From: Heterodontus francisci
Lineage: Eukaryota
Assembly (NCBI RefSeq): GCF_036365525.1
Contig: NC_090411.1
Coordinates: 32,132,432-32,196,431 of the forward strand
Direction of reading: 5' to 3'
Length of the DNA stretch: 64,000 nt
The number at the start of each line of letters is the position of its first letter. Position 1 is the stretch's first letter. The position numbers and the translations under genes are program-made. This document shows positions 1-16,408 of this stretch, piece by piece. Under the pieces are notes generated by a model. That model had not been told where the DNA came from and did no database searches. It worked only from the letters and a program-made list of their open reading frames with translations.

Positions 1-109
1 GCATCTCTTTCCACACTTGCTTTGCAAAGACACATTCCAAGAGGAGGTGGGCGACCGTCTCTTCCCCACCACAGCCACTGCGGGGGCATTGTGCGGAGGG
101 GGCGAGACT

Positions 110-3100
110 TCAGGTGTGCATGAAGGATCTGACAGGGAGGGCCCTTCTCACCACCAGCCAAGCTACGTCTTGGTGCTTGTTTGAAAATTCTGGTGATGAG
201 GCATTCCGCCAAATTACTTTGACGGTCTGCTCGGGGAACCATCCGACAGGATCCACCGTCTCCTTTTCCCGTAGGGCCTTGAGGACATTCCGTGCAGACC
301 ACTGCCTGATGGACCGGTGGTCAAAGGTGTTTTCCCGCAGAAACGGCTCCACGAAGGATAGGTGGTACGGCACGGCCCAACTGCATGGAGCGTTCCGCGG
401 CAATGTGACCAGGCCCATCCTTCGCAACACCGGGGACAGATAGAACCTCAGCACGTAGTGACACTTGGAGTTTGCATACTGGAGGTATACACACAGCTTG
501 ATACAGCCGCACACGAAGGTGGTCATCAGGATGAGGGCCACGTTGGGGACATTTTTCCCGCCCTTGTCCAGAGATTTGAACATCGTGTCCCTCCGGACCC
601 GGTCCATTTTAGATCCCCAGATGAAGCGGAAAATGGCTCGGGTGACTGCCACGGCGCAGGAGTGGGGTATGGGCCAGACCTGTGCCACGTAGAGCAACAA
701 CGTGAGCGCCTCGCACCTGATGACCAGGTTCTTATCCACAATGGAGAAAGATCGCTGCCCCCACATGCCCAACTTTTGTCGTACCTTGGCTACTCGCTCC
801 TCCCAGGTTTTGGTGCACGCCCCAGCCCTTCCGAACCATATCCCCAGCACCTTCAGGTAATCTGACCTGACGGTGAAGGGGACAAAGGATCGGTCAGCCC
901 AGTTCCCAAAGAACATGGCCTCGCTCTTGCCGTGGTTAACTTTGGCTCCCGAGGCCAGTTCGAACTGGTCGCAGATGCTCATCAGTCTGCGCACGGACAG
1001 CGGAACCGAGCAGAAGACGGCGACGTCATCCATGTACAGGGAGGTTTTAACCTGAGTGCCTCCGCCACCTGGGATTGTCACCTCTCTTATGCTCGCATCC
1101 TTCCTAATAGACTCAGCAAAGGGTTCAATACAGCAAACAAACAAGACCGGGGAGAGAGGACAGCCCTGTCTGACTCCAGATTTGATCGGGAAACTTTCCG
1201 ATTCCCACCCGTTGATTGAGACTGCGCTACTGATGTTTGTGTGGAGCAGTTGGATCCAATTGCAGATTCCCTCCCCAAACCCCATTTTGGAAAGCACGTC
1301 CATCATGTAGGTGTGCGATATCCTGTCAAAAGCCTTCTCCTGGTCCAGGCTGATGAGGCAGGTGTCCACCCTCCTGTCCCGCACGTAGGCGATCGTATCC
1401 CTGAGTAGCGCGAGGCTATCAGAGATCTCCCTGCCGGGTACAGTACAGGTCTGATCGGGGTGAATCACCAACTCCAGAGCAGACTTGACTCGACTGGCTA
1501 TGACTTTGGACAGAATCTTGTAATCAACATTAAGCAGTGAGATGGGCCGCCAATTTCTGATTTCTGCCCTCTCCCCCTTCCGCTTGTAAATGAGGGTGAT
1601 GAAGCCTTTCCTCATGGATTCTGACATGCTGCTGGCCAGGAGCATACTCTCGTATACTTCCAGCAGGTCCGGGCCGACCCAGTCCCACACGGCCGAGTAC
1701 AACTCGACCGGTAAGCCGTCGCTCCCGGGAGTTTTACTCGTCTCGAAGGACTCGACGGCTTTTGTCAGCTCGTCCAGAGTTAGCGGCTTGTCCAATCTCT
1801 CCCTCCTGCTGTCATCTAAGACCTCTGTGATAGATGACAGGAAGGACTGGGAGGCTCTGCTGTCTGTGGGCTTCGCGTCATACAGCCCAGCATAAAAGGA
1901 TTTGCTGATCCTTAGTATGTCGGACTGCGAAGACGTTACCGAGCCATCTTCTTCCTTCAGGCTGCTGATAACAGAGCTCTCTCTGTGTACCTTTTGGAAG
2001 AAGTATCGCGAGCACGTCTCATCCTGCTCGATGGAGCGGACTCTGGACCGGAAGATGATCTTGGAGGCCTCCTTGGCAAAGAGCGAGGCCTGCTGGCTCT
2101 TCACCTCTTGGAGGTCCTCCTTGACCTCGACCCCCATTGACTGCAACCGGAGTAGATTTTGCATAATTTTCTGGAGTCGGGACATTTCCCTCTGTCTCTC
2201 TCTCGCCTTCTGAACACCTTTGTGGATGAAGAACCTCTTGATGTTCTCCTTGATCGCTTCCCACCAGTGAACTGGAGACTCAAAGAGGGGTTTCACGGTC
2301 CTCCAACCTTTGTAATCCCTTTTGAGTTCCTCAACGTTCTCTGGGGTCAGCAATGTAGCATTGAGCTTCCATGCCCCTCTGCCAACCCGCTGGTCATCCT
2401 GTAAGTGACAGTCGGCCAGTAAGAGGCAGTGGTCGGAGAAGAACACCGGCTTGACGTCGGTGGATCCGACCATGACAGCACGGGACACAAACAGGAAGTC
2501 AATCCTGGAACAGGCAGACCCGTCCGATCTTGACCATGTGGATCTGCGCTGCGCTCCGTCTGCAGTTTTGCTGAAGACGTCGTGCAGTTTGGCATCTTTA
2601 ACTGTTTCCATTCGGAATCTGGACGTAGCGTCCAGTTTGCTGTCGTCACTGCCGGATCGTCCAGCCGCATCGATGATGCAGTTGAAGTCACCGCCTAGGA
2701 TGACCAGCCTGGACGTCGCCAGCAGCAGTGGGAGCTGCTGGAAGACGGTCAGCCGCTCGCTGCGTTGTACCGGGGCGTACACGTTGATCAACCGGAGCGG
2801 AGCGTTGTTGTACATCACGTCTGCTACGAGGAGGCGACCGCCCACCACCTCCTTAACTTCGGAGATGGTGAAGTTACCTCCCCGCAGCAGAATACCCAGG
2901 CCGGAGGAACGGCAATCTTTACCCCCCGACCAGATCGATGGCCCGTGGGACCACCATCGCGACCACTGCCTGTAGGTGCTGAGGTGTGGTATTCCACACT
3001 CCTGCAGAAACAGTAGGTCGGCTTTGACCTTGGCAAGGTAATCCAAGGTTGAAACACATCGCGTAGTAGATTTAATACTACGCACATTAATGGAAGCAAT

Positions 3101-3112
3101 TCTTACACCCAT
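110..3112 (-). CDS. Tx1 ORF2: AP-endonuclease plus reverse transcriptase, prematurely terminated
   Basis: 1000 aa with EN motifs (SINVRS, LQE, GDFN, SRID, SDH) and RT motifs (WRPISLLNVDYKI, DQEKAFD, GVRQGCPLSP, YMDD). After the TGA at 110-112 the same frame continues into a C-terminal zinc knuckle (CPRSGCGGEETVAHLLLEC), so the stop is a nonsense mutation. Confidence 0.92.
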   Translation of the reverse strand: MGVRIASINVRSIKSTTRCVSTLDYLAKVKADLLFLQECGIPHLSTYRQWSRWWSHGPSIWSGGKDCRSSGLGILLRGGNFTISEVKEVVGGRLLVADVMYNNAPLRLINVYAPVQRSERLTVFQQLPLLLATSRLVILGGDFNCIIDAAGRSGSDDSKLDATSRFRMETVKDAKLHDVFSKTADGAQRRSTWSRSDGSACSRIDFLFVSRAVMVGSTDVKPVFFSDHCLLLADCHLQDDQRVGRGAWKLNATLLTPENVEELKRDYKGWRTVKPLFESPVHWWEAIKENIKRFFIHKGVQKARERQREMSRLQKIMQNLLRLQSMGVEVKEDLQEVKSQQASLFAKEASKIIFRSRVRSIEQDETCSRYFFQKVHRESSVISSLKEEDGSVTSSQSDILRISKSFYAGLYDAKPTDSRASQSFLSSITEVLDDSRRERLDKPLTLDELTKAVESFETSKTPGSDGLPVELYSAVWDWVGPDLLEVYESMLLASSMSESMRKGFITLIYKRKGERAEIRNWRPISLLNVDYKILSKVIASRVKSALELVIHPDQTCTVPGREISDSLALLRDTIAYVRDRRVDTCLISLDQEKAFDRISHTYMMDVLSKMGFGEGICNWIQLLHTNISSAVSINGWESESFPIKSGVRQGCPLSPVLFVCCIEPFAESIRKDASIREVTIPGGGGTQVKTSLYMDDVAVFCSVPLSVRRLMSICDQFELASGAKVNHGKSEAMFFGNWADRSFVPFTVRSDYLKVLGIWFGRAGACTKTWEERVAKVRQKLGMWGQRSFSIVDKNLVIRCEALTLLLYVAQVWPIPHSCAVAVTRAIFRFIWGSKMDRVRRDTMFKSLDKGGKNVPNVALILMTTFVCGCIKLCVYLQYANSKCHYVLRFYLSPVLRRMGLVTLPRNAPCSWAVPYHLSFVEPFLRENTFDHRSIRQWSARNVLKALREKETVDPVGWFPEQTVKVIWRNASSPEFSNKHQDVAWLVVRRALPVRSFMHT

Positions 3113-3125
3113 TTTTTACTAAAAA

Positions 3126-4655
3126 TTAGTTGTTGCTTCCCATACCATTTGTCCTCGCTAGTCCCAGTCCTTCCCCTTCGGGATGTTCCTGCATACCCAT
3201 CGTGTGCGCAAGCAGTTTCACATTGGTTGGGCTCAGAAACCCCTCCTGCTTTTTCATGCAGTGTTTGTTCTGCTCGGGTGACATCGGGGGGGTCTTGTAG
3301 GCAGAGAGGATTGGGTTGTCCTCAGCTGCTTCCATCTGTTCCTCCTCGAAAACATCACTGCTCCCGGCTTCCCGGAGCTGAGGTGCGCCAGACGTGTCTT
3401 TGCTCCCGGTGTCCCGGAGCTGAGATGCGTTGGCCACGTCGTTACGTGTGGCGGGTTGGGGCACGCCGGGCCCATCACAGCTTCCAGTGCCCGGGGGCTG
3501 GGATGCTTTATCATCCATCTCGGAGTTCTGCCACCTCTTTTGAAGGGGCTGTCGTTCCAGCATTTCCCCGTCCAGTGAAGAGGAGTTGTTGCAGTCTGAT
3601 TCAGAAGATAGCCTCCTCTTGCCACTGGTTTGGGTGGTGGCCTGTTCCGGTTAGTGTTGTTTTTTCTTTGTGGTTTTCCTCCGGACCACTTGCCACTGAC
3701 CTGTTTGTCCATCTGCTGCCTCCTCCTCCATTGATTCTGTCTGTGGAGGAGGGGTTTCCGGCCGCTGGGTAGGTGCTGGGTCGCTGGTTTCAGCTGCCTC
3801 TCCTTCTTTCTCAGGTTGAAGTTCCTCGCTGCGGAGAAGGTTGCTGGTCTCCTTTCGAACACCGGACGCCTTCGTCGAACCTTCTCCCGGCCTTTCCTTG
3901 GACCTTGCTGCCTGAGCATAACTGAGGCAGCGTTTGGGGCAGGTTTTGTAGAGATGGCCTGCCGCACCACACAAGTTGCAACACTTAGTCTGCTTACAGT
4001 CCTTGGTCTGATGGCCTTCCTTCTTGCAGTTCTTGCAAACAACCGTGCTGCAGTTGGCTGCCATGTGACCAGATTTGCCACAGGTGTCGCAAACTCTGGG
4101 CTGCCCAGCGAAGACCAAGAAGCCTCGCCTTCCCCCGATAGCGAAGCTGGAGGGAGGGTGGATGATGGCTCCACTGGGATCTACCTTCAAGGTCACCTTG
4201 ACCTGCCGCTTGCTGGTCCAAATCCCAAAGGGGTCCTTGACATCAGTGCTGCTGCCAGCCACCTCGACGTACCTGGCGAGAAAGGTGAGTACATCCACCA
4301 CCGGAACATGGGGGTTGTAGAGGTGAATCGTCACCACCCGGTCCCGTTGTGACGGAAGCGTGAAGAGCGGCTCCGCTGTGAGGATTGACAGTGGAGCCCG
4401 GTCCCCTTTCTCCTTGAACGCCTTCAGGAACTTGATGCATCCCGCCACGTTCCGGAACGTCACGTCGAAGTAGCCACTGCTGGGGAAATCCTGCAGGCAG
4501 AAGACGTCCGTCGCTTGAAATCCGCAGCAATCAAAGAGAATTTTCTTGATGAAGAAGGTGCGATCGACCGGTGCATCTCCTTCCTTGTCCTTCACGACCA
4601 CCCGAACGGTGTTGCGCACTCCCTGGCCTGAAGCTCAAAGATTGGTTATAGCCAT
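3126..4655 (-). pseudogene. Tx1 ORF1 (zinc-knuckle, ZCCHC3-like nucleic-acid-binding protein), disrupted
   Basis: ORF 3651-4619 has three CX2CX4HX4C knuckles. An in-frame ATG at 4655 is followed by TGA at codon 7. A frameshift near the A-run at about 3660 separates the C-terminal part, which ends at 3126, 13 bp before the ORF2 ATG. Confidence 0.8.
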
Positions 4656-4718
4656 TTTACTCAAAGCCTACCCAGGATCAAAAGGCAATGATCATGGTCT
4701 CTTCTCAATCAAATAAGC

Positions 4719-4769
4719 ACTGATAAGAACAGATACTACACTTGATCTTAGCCAAAAGGCCGAGAAGCG
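4719..4769 (-). ncRNA. RNU2: U2 snRNA 5' fragment (nt 3-53), fused to the 5' end of the Tx1 element; not a complete gene
   Basis: Reverse complement reads CGCTTCTCGGCCTTTTGGCTAAGATCAAGTGTAGTATCTGTTCTTATCAGT, matching vertebrate U2 including the branch-point recognition sequence GTAGTA. Confidence 0.95.
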
Positions 4770-5690
4770 TCTCCATTTGTGACAGTGATTTTTGGGGCAG
4801 GCTTGATGGACCAGTTGGTCATTTCCTGCCCATCAATTCTTTCTGTTAGATGAATCCTTTTATGGTCAACTTTCAATGTGACTAAAGATTATTTGAAGCT
4901 GATTAAAATGATGATACTCGGATGTTCTCTAACAGTCTGGCTTATCATGGGTTCATTGAGCAGAGAAAGTGGCCACTCAGCCTATCGTGCCTGTGCTGGC
5001 TCTTTGAAAGAGGTATTCAATTATACCCAGATACATTTTCTGTTCAGGTGGGTCAACTGTGCCCATTGGTGGCATCTCTCCCAAGAGGCTCGCGACTGTA
5101 GTGTGATGTGAATCACTGCCACCCTGTCTTGCCCATCTAAAACAGAGATTTAATCCAAGACAACACATCTCATCACCTAATCTAGGACTGGACCACTTCT
5201 GGAATGAAACTAGATGTCAACACATTGGATCTCGGAGAAACACCAATGTGAGGCAAAAGATCCAGTGGACAGATGATGAGAATTATTTTTAAGCAACGAG
5301 TTTTGAAGATCTGGAATGCACTAACTGAACGGGTGGTGGAACAGGTTCAATAATAACATTGAAGAGGGAATTGGACTTCTACATGAAAAGTAAATAAATT
5401 ACAGGACTCTGGGGAAAGAGCAGGGGAGTGGAACTAATTGAATAGCTCTTTCAAAGAGCCAGCAGAGGCACGATAGGCTGAGTGGCCACTTTCTCTGCTC
5501 TATGAACCCATGATAAGACAGACTGTTAGAGAACATCCGAGTATCATCATTTTAATCAGCTTTAAATATTCTTTAGCCACATTGAAAGTTGACCATAAAA
5601 GGATTCAGCTAACATAAAGAATTGATGGGCAGGAAATGACCAATTGGTCCATCAAGCCTGCCCCAAAACACACTGTAGCAAATGGAGACG
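4768..5690. repeat. Inverted repeat: arms 4768-5023 and 5435-5690, spacer about 410 bp
   Basis: Arms are reverse complements (cgtctccatttg...caatta versus taattg...caaatggagacg), with about 14 mismatches in 255 bp by eye. Confidence 0.9.
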
Positions 5691-5955
5691 TGTCTGTGGG
5701 TGACACTGTGTTCAGTAATGTTCACTCCCTCACTCTCACATTTCCATTTCTCTGTGGAGTGGTTGGTTTGCAAATTCACTCAAGCCCACTTGATTGCTTT
5801 CAATATTGTATCAGCTCCACGGTTCCTTGCAAGTTACAAACTGGGTCAACTTATGAAAAGCCACTTCAGCGAAAGTAACAATCATTTAATTTGAATGAGA
5901 GCATTAAACAATAAGACATTTTCAGATTTGAAGACGGTTAAGGAGCCCTAAAGTA

Positions 5956-6150
5956 ATGACATCATCGAGACTAATCTCCAAAGCCTGCCTGCGTTCCAAA
6001 GCTCTGATTGGCTCTGGGTTTCAGCCCCTCCCCCACACCCCCTCTCCTTTGTTAATTGGTGCCTGGATTCATGGGAGATTCCTGACTGATTACCATTATT
6101 GGTGATGTCATTTCTTGTTTGAATGTAGGCTGACCCAGTAGTATAAATAC
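5956..6150 (+). promoter_or_regulatory. Ferritin copy 1 proximal promoter
   Basis: ATGACATCA block, inverted CCAAT (ATTGG 6007-6011), GGGAGATTCC (6073-6082), TGATGTCA, TATAAA (6142-6147). The same ordered blocks precede all 8 genes. Confidence 0.75.
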
Positions 6151-6245
6151 AACAGCTTGGGTCAGGTAGTGTATGTTCTAAAGCTGCTTTTTTTTTTTAA
6201 AAAAAAGGTGATATTGAGTAGTAATAGTATATAGAAGTAGTGAAA

Positions 6246-12183
<5,938 letters not shown>

Positions 12184-13779
12184 CTGAACTGACTGCAGGG
12201 ATCAAAGCTGTTTTGTACTGAGATTGTGCAAGACACTCCTTCCCTTTCTGGTCGTTGTAGGGAATGATGGCTAATGACCTGGAGACCTCATCTCATGATG
12301 TGTAATGTTAACTAAATAAACTGCTCATTATTGGACTGAGTTTTGTCTCCCTGTTTGGTTCATTTTTTAACCAACATTCTTGCATTGAACAACAAAAATT
12401 ACACTAGGCTGTGTAACAGCTTTATCATGGGGATTCAGTCCTCTGAAATTGAAATCCTTTCAATTTGTGATAATTCTTTGCTTTTTGTGTATTCAGGATC
12501 ACATTGAAGGGTTAACTTGAATTGTGTAATTAGTAATTTTAATGACTATTGTAATTTAGATGAAGAAATGTAATACAATAATGGTTTATATAATACCTTC
12601 AGCATTGCATAATGCTTCACTGAAGCATTCACAGACAATAGTGACACCCTCTGAGAAGGCTGATGCCACAGCTTAGCCATAGAGGTGTTGAGGATTGTTT
12701 TAAAAGGCAGATTCCTTTCAGGGAGGGAACTCTAGAGCTTGGGGCCTAGGTTGATTAAAACCAAGTGAATGTCACCACTGATGCATGCTCTTGTTCTTGT
12801 GCTGCCTAACAAACTCTACACATTGGTAACCTATGTTCCTGTCATGTCCTACAAAGGTCTGCAGACAGTCAATGTTGATGAAAACTGATCTGTAAATATT
12901 AAAATAAACTTCAAAAACTGGGGGGGAAAAAAAGCTGTTTGCTAAAATATGAAGGATGTTTTCCAGTGACTTAATATTCCACCATTTTAGTCTTGATCAA
13001 TCCTATTTAAGGATAGTATCTGTCCTGGCCTGAGCAGTTCCAGTATCGAGAAAGCTTCTACCAATCCAGTCAGAATTCTGTATGTAAAATACACCTAGGG
13101 TAGCTCTCCTGTCCAAATTTATAACTCCAGACTTCCTGGTAAGCTCTGGACAAAAAGGCCATTTAGAGCTTAATGATTTCCCATAAGTACAAAAGGGAAT
13201 TACAACTGCATGACTAGGAAGTCAGTTGGAAATGCTATAATTTTACTGGCCTTGAAGTGTTTGGCAGGGGGCTTATGAAGAGGGAAAAAAAATATGGATT
13301 TATTTTTAGGACATGATTGAATTTAGTTTAGAACGTCTTGCACATTCTGGAGTAATCTAAGAAACTGGGTATGGTATTAAAGGCAGAGGAATAGCTGGAG
13401 CTCTACTCCAATCCCCTCATTCTGGAAGGAATGAATATATTTCATTAACTGCATGAAGCGAATTAAACACTGAGCTATTTCTCTGCTCAATCTATTCTTG
13501 TCCTTCAATTTACAAATTGAACACCTGCAACTGCTCTATATAAATTTGTGTTTAGTTCCCATTGTACACTTCATTCCAAATAAAAATTATCCATTCCAAA
13601 TCCCAATGGATCTCCATTTATTTTCTTCAGCCCATGGATGGGTTCAAATCTTCATACTGTAATTAGCCCAGATTTAACTTTAGGAACATAGTTAAGAACT
13701 GCAATGAGGATAATGAAATTCCAGTCTTTAACATGGAATGACTGAAGTCTTTCCATTTCTTAAAGAAGCTTCCAGTAAC

Positions 13780-14300
13780 CTTATTTGATCGCTAGTGTGA
13801 AAATTCACAAGTAGCAAAGGATGTTTCTCATCACCTTGAGCTTTTTCCACTGATCGACATTCCTAGTCCCTACAGGTAGTGACACTGAATTCAAAGCTGT
13901 CATGTGGAAAGGATCAATCAATAGTTCCCTCAGAACCAGAAAACACAGGTTTTAATCAAAGTCTCTGTTACCCACAGGGTGGCCACGTGATGTCCATTAG
14001 TTTGGTCAAAACCCTTTGCGACCATAGGACATTCACTGCATCTCAGATCCTTTTTGACCAGAACAGATGTAAACACCTGGAAACTTTTTCTGTTCAGGTG
14101 GGTCAACTGTGCCCATTGGTGGCATCTGTCCTGAGAGACTTGTGTCTGTAGTGTGATTGTTGGCTCTGGATGTGAATCACTGCCACCCTGTCTGGCCCAT
14201 CTAAAACAGATTTAATCCAAGGAAACACATCTCATCAGCTAATCCAGGACTGAACCACTTCTGCAATGAAACCAGATGTCAACGCTTTAGATTGCAGAGG
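13780..14300. repeat. Unclassified about 500-bp block present in every intergenic unit (also about 5024-5260, 23010-23520, 28410-28520, 38010-38540, 44390-44910, 52920-53450, 61520-62050)
   Basis: Shared sequence such as cctgtggaaaggatca, tttttgaccagaacaggtgtaaatacc and catctcatcacctaatccaggactgaaccacttctg. Confidence 0.7.
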
Positions 14301-14500
14301 AACACCATGAGGCAAAAGAACCAGAGGGCGAGATGAGAATTATTTTTATACAGATCATGCAAATAGTAAACTTGGTCAGATTATAAAAAGATGCTTTAGC
14401 AAAAATAGCAAATTATCATTTAATTTGAAATTGTGATGCTAGAACATTAAACCACGAAACACTTTCAGATTTGAGGAATGTCAAGGAACATTTAGGAAGG

Positions 14501-16078
14501 TGTGATGGAATATAGGTATAATAGACTTAATTAGGTAGAATTTAGATATTGTTAATATTTTATACCTTTTAGAATTAAAGATTGAATAAATGGTCAGTTT
14601 TCAAGACGTACTGACATTCCCATTAAGAAGGTAGAGTTAACAATTTCAAGGTCTTTCAAGTTCCCTGTCGCAATAGAATGTGAACCAGAAACAACTGTTA
14701 AGTTGGGAAATCCACTTCAGTGTCTCTGTTGCCAAGGTCTTGGAGGATAAACACACATTGAAATATTGTGTGTGACATCAGTAAGAGGTAGCAATAAACT
14801 TAATTGATAGTATTGGTGATGTAGGCAGAACGGCTCAAAAGGTTTAGTTTTTTAGTTTTAGAGATACAGCACTGAAACAGGCCCTTCGGCCCACCGAGTC
14901 TGTGCCGACCATCAACCACCCATTTATACTAATCCTACTAATTCCATATTCCTACCACATCCCCACCTGTCCCTATATTTCCCTACCACCTACCTATACT
15001 AGGGGCAATTTATAATGGCCAATTAACCTATCAACCTGCAAGTCTTTGGCATGTGGGAGGAAAACGGAGTACCCGGAAGAAACCCATGCAGACACAGGGA
15101 GAACTTGCAAACTCCACACAGGCAGTACCCAGAATTGAACCCAGGTCAGTGGAGCTGTGAGGCTGCGGTGCTAACCACTGCGCCACTGTGCCAAGGTACC
15201 ATAAAAACACAATTATAGATAATAAAACAATAAATGGAATAGTACTTACAGGAACAAGAGGTCAAGTATACACAATTATAAATATTTTGACCAGATAAAT
15301 GCTCACAACTTTAAGAGCAGGGGAATTCCAACAAAACATTAAGTTGAGATGTTAGTTAATGATATTATCAAATATGGATTTCAAAAGCAAGAAAAACATG
15401 CACAGAAAGGTAACACCTAAATGCTAAAAGGTCAGGTGATACCTTAGAAACAGTATAAACATGAGAGTTTCTGAAGCAAAAATTAGGAGTGTTGAATCCT
15501 CATCAATACTTCTCACCCCATGGCTTACTGGGGGAATTCAAGGTAAAAGTTTGCTTTAAATTTTGATGGATATTCTAAGATATTTTGCTGTAACATTAGC
15601 AAAGTTAAACTTTTGGATTCTATGTTAGAAATAAGATTATGTGTTACATCTCTTCATAATATTTGATATTGTGATATACTTATCCACTTACAAGTGTATT
15701 GCATGGTAAATTCTTTATTATTAATAAATATTTAAAAGTTAATAAATTGTCTCATGTAGTATTCTGTATACAACTACAAGAACCCCCTCTCTGTGTCTCT
15801 TTCAGTGGAGAGATATGTATTGAAGATGGTTTCCCAGACCCTTATAATATCTGGGATATTTATGACTTCGCTATAATTATTAAAAAATAGGCTATCCAAA
15901 AGATGGTAATATTCTCTGTTAGTTTTCTTTCTTTGAGGGAAAACTAGTTCAATTCTTTGGACCCAAATAAGTGTCTATCGGAATTTGTCTAGTTTGAACT
16001 TAATTAAAGGAGATTCATAGGGATGTATGCCTGATTTGGTTTAGTCCCTATAAGGGGTTAAAGTCATAAATCACTTCA
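14501..16078 (+). repeat. 5' LTR (about 1.23 kb without the SINE insertion)
   Basis: Starts TG and ends CA (tcacttca) 2 nt before the PBS-like TGGCG. TATAAA at about 15454, AAG|GTAAAA donor at about 15542, AATAAA at 15723 and 15741. The first about 650 bp match the 3' LTR. Confidence 0.8.
14845..15192 (-). mobile_element. tRNA-derived V-SINE (HE1-like) inserted in the 5' LTR
   Basis: tRNA-like head GGCACAGTGGCGCAGTGGTTAGCACCGCAGCCTCACAGCTCC, V-domain-like core and CR1-like tail ending in short repeats. Absent from the 3' LTR. Confidence 0.85.
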
Positions 16079-16080
16079 GT

Positions 16081-16095
16081 TGGCGTCCAAATACG
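16081..16095 (+). promoter_or_regulatory. Degenerate primer-binding site (tRNA-Lys type)
   Basis: TGGCGTCCAA directly after the LTR-terminal CA resembles the Lys1,2 PBS TGGCGCCCAA used by foamy viruses. The 3' half is diverged. Confidence 0.6.
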
Positions 16096-16408
16096 TGTCT
16101 TGTTGTTAACAGAATCCTGTACTTATATGTTAATCTTTAATGTTTGTTTTAGATTTGTAAGTACAGAAGGAGTGTTTACTGTCAGTGGTATTAAGATCCA
16201 GATTTAAGAATCTAGAGACAGCAAATTCTTGATCATGGTTTGTTGATCTTAAATCAGAACTCCCTCATTCAACTTTTGTGTTTTGGTTCACTTTAAATCC
16301 TAGTTGAGATTAGGTCCTGATGTATTTTAATTCCTAGTTCAGGTTCCGTTAAGATATAATGGCTTATGTTGAAGTGGTTCTTACTCTTTCTATCCAGAAG
16401 AATTACTG

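Larger units (their letters stand above)
1..4718 (-). mobile_element. Tx1-clade (L1 group) non-LTR retrotransposon, Keno-like; 3' end lies beyond the left edge
   Basis: Gag-like ORF1 with three CCHC knuckles, then an APE-endonuclease/RT ORF2. The 5' end abuts U2 snRNA nt 3-53, the known target of Keno elements. Confidence 0.9.

Noticed and set aside
110-4655. Currently active autonomous Tx1 copy
   Set aside because: Nonsense codon at ORF1 codon 7, an ORF1 frameshift, and a stop before the ORF2 zinc knuckle.
4719-4769. Functional U2 snRNA gene
   Set aside because: Only 51 of about 190 nt are present; no Sm site or 3' stem-loops.
6187-6208. T11-A8 palindrome in the copy 1 leader as a regulatory hairpin
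   Set aside because: Homopolymer slippage, weak pairing, and absent from the other copies.
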